From Lachnospiraceae bacterium (GTDB lineage Bacteria; Bacillota; Clostridia; Lachnospirales; Lachnospiraceae): 64,000 bases of DNA. Made by a program: the position numbers and the translations under genes. Below the pieces are notes generated by a model. That model searched no databases and was not told where the DNA came from. It worked only from the letters and a program-made list of their open reading frames with translations. Of the stretch, positions 52,348 to 61,331 are shown in pieces. Each line of letters opens with the position of its first letter. Positions within the stretch are counted from its first letter, which is position 1. The stretch spans positions 19,209 to 83,208 of the forward strand of contig JAFRRD010000027.1 in NCBI GenBank assembly GCA_017428265.1, given 5' to 3'.

Positions 52348-53703
52348 ATGAAAGTATCATCTACGATTTCCAGATTGGGTTTAACAAAGGTTTTTGACCA
52401 CCTCTACAAGGATCCGGAAACCAATCTGCGCCATTTGATTGGTTGGGCGGATAGAGTTTCAGGTGGCCGTTTCCCAAAGCAACGCGCGTCGATCCGCGCT
52501 GCTATTGAAGATCCAAATAATGCATATTATCCTTATGTCCGCCATGTTGTTAAGGATGTAGATCCTGAAGTGATGAAGACTGCGGCGGTAAATTTCTTTA
52601 TCAAGGCAAACCTTATAAGTGCACCAATTCAGGATGAATTGAGAAAAAAATACAATTGCAACATTCCTTGGGCAATTCTGTTAGATCCCACGTCTGCCTG
52701 CAATCTTCATTGTGTGGGCTGCTGGGCGGCTGATTATGGCAATCACTTAAACCTCACTTTTGAAGAGATGGACGATATCATTAAGCAAGGCGAGAGAATG
52801 GGCGTATACTTTTACCTGTTTTCCGGCGGCGAGCCATTAGTGCGAAAAAAGGATATTATTCGTCTTTGCGAGAAACATGAGGATTGTATGTTTACAGCTT
52901 TTACCAATGGGACTCTAATTGACGAAGATTTTGCCGACGAAATGCTAAGAGTAAAGAATTTTGCCCCTGCGATTTCTTTGGAGGGCTTCGAAGAGGCAAC
53001 AGATTCTAGACGCGGCCGGGGCGTATATAAAGATGTTCTGAGGGCCATGAGAATCCTTCATAAGAAGAAATTGATCTACGGTATTTCATGCTGCTATACC
53101 AGCGAGAACTATAAGTCGATTACATCAGAAGAATATTGGGACATGATAATTGAAAATGGTGCGTACTTTGTCTGGTGCTTTCACTACATGCCCGTCGGGG
53201 TTGATGCAAGCCCGAAACTTCTTTTAAAGCCTGAGCAACGTGAGTTCGTGTACAAACGCATCCGAGAACTCCGCAGCACAAAGCCTCTTTTTGCCATTGA
53301 CTTCCAAAACGATGGGGAGTTTGTTAATGGATGTATTGCAGGGGGACGACGTTACCTTCACATCAATGCAAACGGTGACGCGGAACCTTGTGCTTTTATT
53401 CACTACGCAGACTCAAACATTCGCGAAAAGAGTCTGCTAGAAATAATGCGATCCCCCTTATTCATGACTTATCACGATGGGCAGCCCTTTAACGAAAACA
53501 TGATCCAGCCATGTCCTATGCTTGAAAACCCTGACAAATTACGTGCCATTGTAGAAACGTCGGGGGCAAAATCCACCGATATGCAATCGCCTGAAACGGT
53601 CGATCATCTCTGTTCAAAGTGTGATACCTACGCTGCATGTTGGGAGCCAAAAGCTGATGAACTGTGGAAGGCAAGACAAGCACAGAAGGAAAAAGAATAC
53701 TAG
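52348..53703 (+). CDS. radical SAM enzyme with an N-terminal extension of about 110 aa and a Cys-rich C-terminal domain
   Basis: CNLHCVGC (CX3CX2C) at about residue 118, plus GGEPL. Later cysteines are CIAGG...EPCAF...QPCPM...CSKCDTYAAC. Confidence 0.8.
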   Translation: MKVSSTISRLGLTKVFDHLYKDPETNLRHLIGWADRVSGGRFPKQRASIRAAIEDPNNAYYPYVRHVVKDVDPEVMKTAAVNFFIKANLISAPIQDELRKKYNCNIPWAILLDPTSACNLHCVGCWAADYGNHLNLTFEEMDDIIKQGERMGVYFYLFSGGEPLVRKKDIIRLCEKHEDCMFTAFTNGTLIDEDFADEMLRVKNFAPAISLEGFEEATDSRRGRGVYKDVLRAMRILHKKKLIYGISCCYTSENYKSITSEEYWDMIIENGAYFVWCFHYMPVGVDASPKLLLKPEQREFVYKRIRELRSTKPLFAIDFQNDGEFVNGCIAGGRRYLHINANGDAEPCAFIHYADSNIREKSLLEIMRSPLFMTYHDGQPFNENMIQPCPMLENPDKLRAIVETSGAKSTDMQSPETVDHLCSKCDTYAACWEPKADELWKARQAQKEKEY

Positions 53704-53712
53704 AGAAAAGAA

Positions 53713-54690
53713 ATGACAAACAACAACCACAAACAGAATATTGGGAGGTTAGGCGGGGCTCTGCTGGCCACCACCGTTCTGGCCTCCCTTTCATCATTTA
53801 TCACAACAAAATTTCTTATGAATATGGCGGTTGATCGAGAAGCCCCTAAACTGATGAAGCTGATAGAGAAACGAATCACTCGTTCATGCGAGGAAGAACG
53901 CTTTCTCTCTGCGAGGGTTCAGTCTGGTGAAATTCTTAAACAAAAGCCGAATGAAAAGGTCAGCATCGTCAGCCATGATGGTATAACACTTGTTGGTCAT
54001 TGGTTCCCTGTTGATAAACCAAAACGGATCCTGATCGCTGTCCATGGCTGGCGCGCGACCTGGTACCAGACATTCGGACTTATAGCCGACGACTGGGAAA
54101 AAGCCGGTTGCAGCGTTCTATTTATCGAGCAGCGCGCCACCGATCAAAGCGGCGGAGATATTATTAGCTTTGGCTTGGTAGAACGCTTTGACTGTCTTGA
54201 TTGGATCAATTGGGTCATCGACCATTTTGGTTCGACTTTGCCAATTTATCTATGTGGAGTATCTATGGGCGCAACGACAGTTCTTATGGCTACAGGGCAA
54301 GATCTTCCCCAAAATGTACACGGAGTAATATCAGACTGTGGATACACTTCTCCTCATGCCATATGGAAGTATACCACAAACAATAATTTACATATGTTTT
54401 ATGGGGTTCGAGGCATAATTGTCGATATGATTCTCCGGCAGAAAATCCAGATGGGATCCAAAGACTATTCGACACTGGAAGCACTGAAGACAAATCGCAT
54501 ACCCGTAATCTTTATTCATGGAAGCGATGATACGCTTGTACCGGTGGAAATGACCTATGAAAACTATAAGGCCTGTGCAGAAGAAAAGCAGCTACTAATC
54601 GTTCCTGGGGCTGATCACGGCATGAGCTATTTTGTGGACAAAAACAGATATCGTGAAGAAATAAATCGTTTTTGGGAGAAGTACGATTGA
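53713..54690 (+). CDS. membrane-anchored alpha/beta hydrolase
   Basis: N-terminal TM helix (LLATTVLASLSSFITTKFL), HGW oxyanion region, nucleophile elbow GVSMG, and late D and H residues (GSDD, ADHG). Confidence 0.75.
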   Translation: MTNNNHKQNIGRLGGALLATTVLASLSSFITTKFLMNMAVDREAPKLMKLIEKRITRSCEEERFLSARVQSGEILKQKPNEKVSIVSHDGITLVGHWFPVDKPKRILIAVHGWRATWYQTFGLIADDWEKAGCSVLFIEQRATDQSGGDIISFGLVERFDCLDWINWVIDHFGSTLPIYLCGVSMGATTVLMATGQDLPQNVHGVISDCGYTSPHAIWKYTTNNNLHMFYGVRGIIVDMILRQKIQMGSKDYSTLEALKTNRIPVIFIHGSDDTLVPVEMTYENYKACAEEKQLLIVPGADHGMSYFVDKNRYREEINRFWEKYD

Positions 54691-54825
54691 CAAAAACCTC
54701 TGCTTCATCGCGTTTTATGCCTCGTTTACGCTTATTGTTAATGTGTTCGTTTGTTGGAGATTAGTTTTTTGACGCTATATTTATCATGTACACCGCTTTA
54801 TTTAAGTAAAAAGGAGGTTTTCGAT

Positions 54826-55065
54826 ATGACAGACAAGAAGGAAAAGAGCGCTGTTAAGTGCGCAGAGACAATCTTTTTGCAGTTTAACGGCAAGGAGGTC
54901 TGCCTTGACACAGTAAGGACAGCTATCAAAGAGAACTATGATTCTGTGAAAAAAGGTAACGATGCTGCAAAGGATCTTAAAATCTACGTAAAGCCGGAGG
55001 ATGCCAAAGCGTATTACGTAATCAATGACGATTATGCTGGCGAAGTAGATTTGCTTCTTGAGTAA
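54826..55065 (+). CDS. small hypothetical protein (79 aa)
   Basis: Strong RBS (AAAGGAGG) 7 nt before the ATG. The sequence starts MTDKKEKSAVKCAETIFLQFNGKEV. Confidence 0.5.
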   Translation: MTDKKEKSAVKCAETIFLQFNGKEVCLDTVRTAIKENYDSVKKGNDAAKDLKIYVKPEDAKAYYVINDDYAGEVDLLLE

Positions 55066-55222
55066 AGGTGTTTATATCATACTTGCCATTTGCGAGGAAA
55101 AGCGAAAAGACAGTCTCAAGTCACCTTAAGCGGGGGTACATTGTGCTGTCTTTTCGCTTGGACTGCGACGGTTTTCTGACACTGGCTGTCAGGCGAACAT
55201 ATGGGTACTATGTCCTTGTTTT

Positions 55223-56098
55223 TCAGGCACTGTGTGCCAACCTGTATTCTACCGGGCTCATATAGCCCAGATACGAATGCATACGTTTTCTGTTGTAGAA
55301 CAGTTCGATATGCTCAAATACATCTGCCTTGACTTCGTCTATTGTAGCATAGTTTTTCAGGTAAATGCATTCTTTCTTTGCTGTTGCAAAGAAACTTTCC
55401 GAGCAGGCATTATCATAAGGGCATCCGGCTCGGCTCATGCTCTGCCTGATACCATTTTCCCTCAGCATCCTTTGATAGCTCTCACTGTTGTACTGGGTGC
55501 CTCTGTCGGAATGAAATACCGCGCCTTGCAGGCCTCCCTTTCGAGCGATCGCATTCCCCAGGGCTCTTTTTACCAGTTCACTGTCGATGTGCTGGCTGAC
55601 CGAGTATCCCAACACTTCCCGGTTATACAGATCCATTACGATTGCCAGATACACCCAACCGATGTTTGTCCTGATATATGTGATGTCTCCGACCAGGATC
55701 TTCCCGGGCTCATGCGATACGAATTCCTGCTTCAGTTCATCTGGTGAATGCGGAACCCGGACCGAAAGACTGCGTCCCGGCCGATATCGCCTGATGCTCA
55801 CAGGGTACAACCCGTTCTTCCGCATGAGCAGCCGTATCTTATACTCACTCAGCAGAATCCCTTGTTTTTCCAGGCTTTTACGTATCTTTCGATATCCGTA
55901 CAGCCTTTTGTTTTCAAGGAATACTTTCCGTATGACCGCAACGGTCTCTCTTTCTTTTTCCTCCCGTTCCTCTCTCTGTATTTGCCGTCTTTTCCACCGG
56001 TAATAGTTTTCCGCACGCAGCCTCATGGCTTCGCACATCTTCCTCACAGAGAATTCCCGGCTGCCGGTCTGTATGGCATATATTGCTTCATACTTCAT
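55223..56098 (-). CDS. IS3-family transposase OrfB (DDE/rve domain)
   Basis: 291 aa containing YGYRKIRKSL..., HSDRGTQY and a C-terminal YNRKRMHSYLGYMSPVEY. Confidence 0.9.
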   Translation of the reverse strand: MKYEAIYAIQTGSREFSVRKMCEAMRLRAENYYRWKRRQIQREEREEKERETVAVIRKVFLENKRLYGYRKIRKSLEKQGILLSEYKIRLLMRKNGLYPVSIRRYRPGRSLSVRVPHSPDELKQEFVSHEPGKILVGDITYIRTNIGWVYLAIVMDLYNREVLGYSVSQHIDSELVKRALGNAIARKGGLQGAVFHSDRGTQYNSESYQRMLRENGIRQSMSRAGCPYDNACSESFFATAKKECIYLKNYATIDEVKADVFEHIELFYNRKRMHSYLGYMSPVEYRLAHSA

Positions 56099-56439
56099 TC
56101 TTGTGCTTGCATAAAGATGTGCAGGTTTTTTTTTAGTATTTCGACTTTCTCCTGTTCGTTCAGCAGTTCTTTCCTTAGGCGGCGGTTCTCTCTCTCGAGA
56201 TCACGGATCCGTTGGCTTTCTTCGCTCGGATCCTTCGGCCACAAGTCATGGATGCCTTTTTCTTCCGCGTAACTCGGCAACCCATTCTTTTTTCGATACG
56301 CCCTGACCCAAGTGCAAACAGTTCCTTTGTCGATTCCAATTTCTTCTGCGACACTCGTGGCTGATTTTCCGCTTTCCACCACGTATTGCGCGGTCTCTTC
56401 TCTAAACTCCGGGGTGTACTTTGCATTGTTGCTTGGCAT
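56095..56439 (-). CDS. IS3-family transposase OrfA (HTH)
   Basis: 114 aa with the TPEFREETAQYVVESGKSATSVAEEIGI HTH and a leucine-zipper-like tail. A -1 frameshift at the A9 run (plus strand T-run 56126-56134) would fuse it to OrfB. Confidence 0.9.
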   Translation of the reverse strand: MPSNNAKYTPEFREETAQYVVESGKSATSVAEEIGIDKGTVCTWVRAYRKKNGLPSYAEEKGIHDLWPKDPSEESQRIRDLERENRRLRKELLNEQEKVEILKKNLHIFMQAQE

Positions 56440-56504
56440 GGTTTCCTCTCTTTCCTACCCATACGCGCATTATACACCTACTGTCACTTTTTCACCCCAG
56501 TCCA

Positions 56505-57187
56505 CCTTTAATCAGGTGCATTTTCGTCCCAACGCCTTCCGCCGTGTCGTAAAAAAGACCGCCGATACGCAGATCTTCTATCCGGATGAGGTGAAAGCCC
56601 TCTGTGATCTGGCCTATAAACGGGCCGAAGCCACAGGTGACGAAAGCTGGCTGGCGATCCCGCTGCTGAAGTGCCTGGGACTCAGGATTTCAGAATGCCT
56701 CGGCCTTGCGTTTGACGATTTCGACCGAAGCACCAATCTGGTCTATATCCACCGCTCATTTGCGGTGGTGGACAGTCTCGGGAAGGACGGCAAATGGAGC
56801 ACCAGGCGATATCAGGTGACCGACTACCTGAAACAGAACGCCCCGCCCCGAACGATCCTTGCCAATGACGAATGCTTCGACATCGTGGACAAGATCCGCA
56901 AGATACTGAAAGCAAAGGACATTGAAAGAGAATACCTTTTCGACGTTCAGACGCCGAACAACATCGAAATGAAGCTGTATCACCTCTGTGACGAGCTGAA
57001 GATCGAGCGCCGTTCCCCTCACAAACTGAGAAAAACCTACGTTTCGCATTTGCTGAACAACGGTTTCGATCAGGATTTCGTCCGGGAGCAGGTCGGTCAC
57101 CAGATGCTGCAGACGACACTGAACTACTATGTGTATTCGACTACCCGCAACACTCAGCAGATCGAGCGACTGAACAAGGTTCTGTAA
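56505..57187 (+). pseudogene. tyrosine recombinase/integrase, 5'-truncated by the IS3 element
   Basis: The catalytic domain is retained (GLRISE, HKLRKT, GHQ, YYVYST), but only about 227 codons follow the IS end. No N-terminal domain lies left of the IS. Confidence 0.75.
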
Positions 57188-57327
57188 GCCTTTTGCAGTA
57201 CCTGCCGCAGGATCTGCCCGGCACACTCAATTTTGTGCCACTTTTTCGGGCTTTTGTGCCACATTTCCGTCCAAAAAGAAAACGCAGAATTCGCTGATAT
57301 TTCAACGAATTCTGCATCTCCTCGTCG

Positions 57328-57416
57328 CGGAGAAGGAGGGATTTGAACCCTCGCGCCGGTTCACCCGACCTACACCCTTAGCAGGGGCGCCTCTTCGGCC
57401 TCTTGAGTACTTCTCC
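57328..57416 (-). tRNA. tRNA-Ser (anticodon GCU), no encoded CCA
   Basis: Hand-folded cloverleaf: acceptor GGAGAAG/CTTCTCC, anticodon stem CGCCC/GGGTG with loop CTGCTAA, a long variable arm, and T arm GAGGG-TTCAAAT-CCCTC. Confidence 0.9.
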
Positions 57417-57534
57417 GAATGCTGATTTCCTATGTGGCGCACCTCGCATTTTCGATGCGCAAGGGTGATTATACAATACCGTTCGGCGGCTTGTCAATTG
57501 CTTTTTTACGCAGCGGCAGCCGCCTTCCTGTCTT

Positions 57535-58788
57535 CTACAGCACGATTCGTATGCGGGTGCCGAGTTCTTCGCGTGAGACGATCTCAAAATGGCCGCCGTG
57601 CTTGTCGACGATCCATTTGGCTATGGACAGGCCAAGCCCGGTTCCTTCAAAACTTCTGGCTTCATCGGCGCGGTAGAAGCGCTCAAACATGTGCTCCACG
57701 TCCGCCTCAGCCATACCGATCCCGGTGTCCTGCACCTGCAGATAGACCTGCCCCTCCTGCCGGCCGCAGCTCAAGATGATCTCGTCGCCCTTTGCCGTAT
57801 ATTTGGCCGCGTTGTCAAGAAGGATGCGCACCGCCTGCTTCAAAAGCCCCTGGTCCGCCTGCAAGGTCAGGGCCTCGCCGCTTACCTGCAGCCGGTAGAC
57901 GTGGTCTTCGTCGATCATGACCGACTCTTCGTAGGCTTCTTTCAGCAGGGCGCCGGCATCGATCTCCTCGAGCTGCAGCTGCGTCTTGCCGCTGTCGCCG
58001 CGGGCGAGGAATAGGAGCTGTTCCACCAGATGCTTCATGCGCGCCGTCTCGGTGCGGATCGCCGCGATGGATTCGTTCAGGACCTTCTCGTCATCCTTGC
58101 CCCAGCGTTCCAGCATGTCCGCGTAGCCCCCGATCACGGCGATGGGCGTGCGGAGCTCGTGCGAGGCGTCGTTGACGAAGCGCGCCTGCTGGCGGTTGCT
58201 CTCGCGAATGCGGGTAAGGAGGTTGTTGACGGCGGCTTCGATCCCCATCAGTTCGCTGTCGCGAAGGGAGAGCCGGCCGCCCTCGTCCAGCTGCGTGATC
58301 GCATCCTCCAGCAGCTGATATTTGTCTTCTCCGAACTCCAGGCGTGACAGCTCGTCCGCCTTTGCGGCAAGTTCATTGATCGGCGCGAGGATCCGTGCGG
58401 TGCGCCGCCGCTGTTCGGGAAAGGATAAGGCGAAAAGCCAGAGGAGCCGCAGCAGGAAGATGAAGCCGCAGACGGCCAGCCAGCCCTTCAGCTCCGGCAG
58501 GACGTTCAGGACCAGTTCCTGTCCGTCTTTCGTCACCGCGCGGTAGGTCAGTTCCTCTGCTTTGCCGCCTTCGTCCCGCACCACGGCAAAGGTCCGCTCC
58601 GTTTTCCGGGAGAGGCCGCCGAACTGCGCGGCTTCCCTGACGCCCAGATAAGCCGCCGGGACCAGCAGCAAAAGAAGCAGCACGGAAAGAAACAGTCTTC
58701 CCAGACGGTCTCCCAGCCAGGCCCCCATAAGGCGCCGGTTGATGGAGCTCATCCGCCGCTCTTCGGTATTATTCTGACCGGATGACAT
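57535..58788 (-). CDS. sensor histidine kinase (2 TM, HisKA + HATPase_c)
   Basis: H-box FVNDASHELRTPIAVI, N box LDNAAKYT and G box DTGIGM. The start may be the internal ATG at 58752. Confidence 0.85.
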   Translation of the reverse strand: MSSGQNNTEERRMSSINRRLMGAWLGDRLGRLFLSVLLLLLLVPAAYLGVREAAQFGGLSRKTERTFAVVRDEGGKAEELTYRAVTKDGQELVLNVLPELKGWLAVCGFIFLLRLLWLFALSFPEQRRRTARILAPINELAAKADELSRLEFGEDKYQLLEDAITQLDEGGRLSLRDSELMGIEAAVNNLLTRIRESNRQQARFVNDASHELRTPIAVIGGYADMLERWGKDDEKVLNESIAAIRTETARMKHLVEQLLFLARGDSGKTQLQLEEIDAGALLKEAYEESVMIDEDHVYRLQVSGEALTLQADQGLLKQAVRILLDNAAKYTAKGDEIILSCGRQEGQVYLQVQDTGIGMAEADVEHMFERFYRADEARSFEGTGLGLSIAKWIVDKHGGHFEIVSREELGTRIRIVL

Positions 58789-59464
58789 AGCCTGCTCCTC
58801 TCACCGTTTCCAGCATCTTTACCCCGTAGACCTCATCGATCTTCGCCCTGAGGTGCCGCACGTACACGTCCACGATATTGGTCTCGCCCACGTAGTCGTA
58901 GCCGCAGACGCGGTCGAGCAGCGTTTCGCGCGACAGCACGATATCGCGGTTTTCCAGCAGCGTCTTCAGCATCAGGAACTCCCGGTTCGTGAGGGCAATG
59001 CGCTGCCCGTCCCAGCTGACGGTCTTTCGGACGTCGTCCAGACGCAGGGCCTGCCAGGTCAGGACGCCTTCTTCGGCGGCAGCCGTCTTCTCGGCGCCCG
59101 CGCTCCGGAACTTCAGAGCGACCCTGATCCGCGCGAGCAGTTCTTCGATTGCGAAGGGCTTGGTGATGTAATCCACCGCGCCGGCATCCAGCCCGGCCAC
59201 CTTGTCCATGACGGAATCGCGAGCCGTGAGCAGGATGACGGGCGTGTTTTTCTCCTGGCGGAGACGCCGCAGCACCTCCATGCCGGAAAGGCCCGGCAGC
59301 ATGATGTCCAGCAGGATCAGATCGTAGTCGTTTCTCAGCGCTTCCTCGAGCGCGGCGCGGCCGTCAAAGGCCTTTCGGACCTCATAATTTTCGTGCTGAA
59401 GCTCCAGCTCCGTAAAGCGGGCCAGCTTTTCTTCATCTTCCACGATCAGGATCTTCGCTGCCAT
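58769..59464 (-). CDS. OmpR-family response regulator
   Basis: ILIVEDEE...LLDIMLPGLSG...KPF receiver plus a winged-helix domain (VSWDGQRIALTNREFLMLKTL). Confidence 0.9.
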   Translation of the reverse strand: MAAKILIVEDEEKLARFTELELQHENYEVRKAFDGRAALEEALRNDYDLILLDIMLPGLSGMEVLRRLRQEKNTPVILLTARDSVMDKVAGLDAGAVDYITKPFAIEELLARIRVALKFRSAGAEKTAAAEEGVLTWQALRLDDVRKTVSWDGQRIALTNREFLMLKTLLENRDIVLSRETLLDRVCGYDYVGETNIVDVYVRHLRAKIDEVYGVKMLETVRGAGYVIRSE

Positions 59465-59559
59465 GGCTGCTCCTTCCTAACGGCTGTTTCCGGAACCGCC
59501 CCCTCCGGGCGCTCCGGACGCGTCAGCCCTCCCTGCTGCGGGGAGGGCTTTCCGTAAAC

Positions 59560-60084
59560 TTATTTCTTAAACTCTTCCTTCGCCTTGTCTGCCGCGTTCG
59601 CCGCCTTATCCATGATGTCGTTCGCGGCCTGCATGTCGGCTTCGCCCACGAAGCGGTAGCGGCAGCCGAAGAACAGCGAAACGACCACCAGGACCAGAAC
59701 GGTGAACCAGGACGCAAACAGGATGATCAGCGCCACCCAAAGCGGGATCTTGACCAGCGTCTCGCCGTTCCGGCAGATCGCGAGAAAGTTCCGGGAGAGC
59801 ACGTGCCAGATCCTGCCGAGCACTTCCTTGATCTTCTGTCCGGCGTTTTCGCCCTCCGCTTCTTTTCCCTGTTCGATCCGTTCCGTGACCGAAACATACT
59901 GGGTCTGATCCTCGTAGCGGGTCGAGTAAGTGCTCTTTTTCGGCCCCGCCGTCTTGCCGGCGCGCTCCAGCATGATCATCGCGTCTAAAAGATCGCCGTT
60001 CGACGCGTCAAGCGCCGCTTTGGCCTCTTCGTAGCTTACGCCTGCCTTCTGTACCAGTTTCTCAACTTTTTCAAAGTATTCCAT
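59560..60084 (-). CDS. DUF4342-like protein (UBA-like N-terminus + membrane segment)
   Basis: Started at MEYFEKVEKLVQKAGVSYEEAKAALDASNGDLLDAMIMLE. A TM helix lies near the C-terminus. Confidence 0.55.
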   Translation of the reverse strand: MEYFEKVEKLVQKAGVSYEEAKAALDASNGDLLDAMIMLERAGKTAGPKKSTYSTRYEDQTQYVSVTERIEQGKEAEGENAGQKIKEVLGRIWHVLSRNFLAICRNGETLVKIPLWVALIILFASWFTVLVLVVVSLFFGCRYRFVGEADMQAANDIMDKAANAADKAKEEFKK

Positions 60085-60257
60085 TCTGATTTCCTTCCCC
60101 GGGTCCCTGCCCGTTTTTTTTGTTGAGGCAAGCATATCGCGCGAAGCTTAACGAGTCTTTTCGCTCAGATTAAAAACAGATGAATTTTCAAAAAGACCCC
60201 CGGCACGAAGCCGGGGGCCTTCTCTGGTCCCTTACGGGAATGGTCAGGAACGATTCC

Positions 60258-61217
60258 TTACCACAGGTTCAGGCTCTTCATGTTGTCTTCAACGCCCTGA
60301 ATGAAGGCTTCGAAGTCAGCACCGAACAGCATGTGGATGCCCATGCCCTGCTTATTCGCCGTTTCGATGAACTTCGGATCTTTTTCGATCTCTTTCAGCG
60401 CATTGACGATCTTTTCCAGAACAGCGGGATCCAGTTCCTTGCAGGCGACCATGCCGCGGTCGGAGGAGCTGACCAGGTCAATGCCCTGTTCCTTCGCGGT
60501 GGCGATCTCCGGCATCAGGCTGCTGCGTTCGTTGTCGAACACGGCCAGCACGCGGACGGCATCTTCACCGGTGGTGTTGTACTTGTCATAGTAGTTGGAG
60601 ACGTTGCAGGCCTGCGCGACAACGACTTTGCCGAACAGAGCGGTCTTCGCATCAGAATCACCCTTGTTGCCGCCGGGGACGAACTGGGTGCCGTATTTCT
60701 GGTTGATCAGACGGATCAGAACGTCATCATCGGAGCCGGTCGCACCGCCGGTGGAGATCGTCAGGGCTTCCTTCTTGCCGGCCTCGATCAGATCGCCAAG
60801 GGTCTGATAAGGGCTGTCCGGAAGAACGGCAATGATGCCCGGGTCATGGACGATGTCAGCGACGTTGGTGAAGCTCTTGAAGGTGTGCGGGATATTGTTC
60901 TTCGGGTTCAGATAGCCGCCGACCTGTCCGGGGTAGTTCGAGAAGCCCAGGATATAGCCGTCGCCCTTGGCTTCCAGGACCTGGCCGTAGCCGATCCAGT
61001 TGCCGCCGCCTTCAACGTTGGAGACGGTGACGTTAACGCCAAGCTTCGGGCCGAGGAATTCCGCTACCAGACGGGCGGAACGGTCCATGGCGCCGCCGGC
61101 TGCGAACGGGCAGATAATGGTGATGTCGCCGGTCGGCCATTCTTTTTTCTTGCCGCCGCAGGCTACCAGGCTGAGAGCCAGAAGCACTGCAAGTGCAAGT
61201 GCAGCAAACTTCTTCAT
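60258..61217 (-). CDS. tctC: tripartite tricarboxylate transporter substrate-binding lipoprotein (TctC/Bug family)
   Basis: Lipobox LSLVACGG and a 319-aa Bug-type SBP. It sits next to tctA and tctB. Confidence 0.75.
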   Translation of the reverse strand: MKKFAALALAVLLALSLVACGGKKKEWPTGDITIICPFAAGGAMDRSARLVAEFLGPKLGVNVTVSNVEGGGNWIGYGQVLEAKGDGYILGFSNYPGQVGGYLNPKNNIPHTFKSFTNVADIVHDPGIIAVLPDSPYQTLGDLIEAGKKEALTISTGGATGSDDDVLIRLINQKYGTQFVPGGNKGDSDAKTALFGKVVVAQACNVSNYYDKYNTTGEDAVRVLAVFDNERSSLMPEIATAKEQGIDLVSSSDRGMVACKELDPAVLEKIVNALKEIEKDPKFIETANKQGMGIHMLFGADFEAFIQGVEDNMKSLNLW

Positions 61218-61331
61218 TGTGTTTCCTCCTAAAATATTGGTTTTATTTTACGCTGGGGACCTGTCCCCTATTATACAATATTAACAGTTTTTTAACAAGC
61301 CTTTTTTAGATCAGGCCGCCTGTCTCCGGCA

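Larger units (their letters stand above)
55159..56504 (-). mobile_element. IS3-family insertion sequence (1346 bp)
   Basis: Ends are TGGACTG...TGACA and TGTCA...CAGTCCA (imperfect IRs). It has orfA and orfB with an A9 slippery run. No matching target-site duplication was seen. Confidence 0.8.
35509..57327. mobile_element. integrated element B (about 21.8 kb genomic island at tRNA-Ser; integrase disrupted by IS3)
   Basis: It is bounded by the att copy at 35487 and the tRNA 3' end. An 18-bp perfect repeat (TTGTGCCACTTTTTCGGG) lies about 75-95 bp inside each end. G+C is low and the integrase sits next to the tRNA. Confidence 0.65.

Noticed and set aside
56312-56504. First 64 codons of the 291-aa integrase ORF.
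   Set aside because: They are translated from the IS3 terminus (antisense to orfA) and are not integrase sequence.
29213-57327. Reading the island as a prophage or a conjugative element.
   Set aside because: There are no capsid, terminase, tail or lysis genes, and no relaxase, T4SS or coupling-protein genes. Only recombinase remnants, an HTH and cargo are present.
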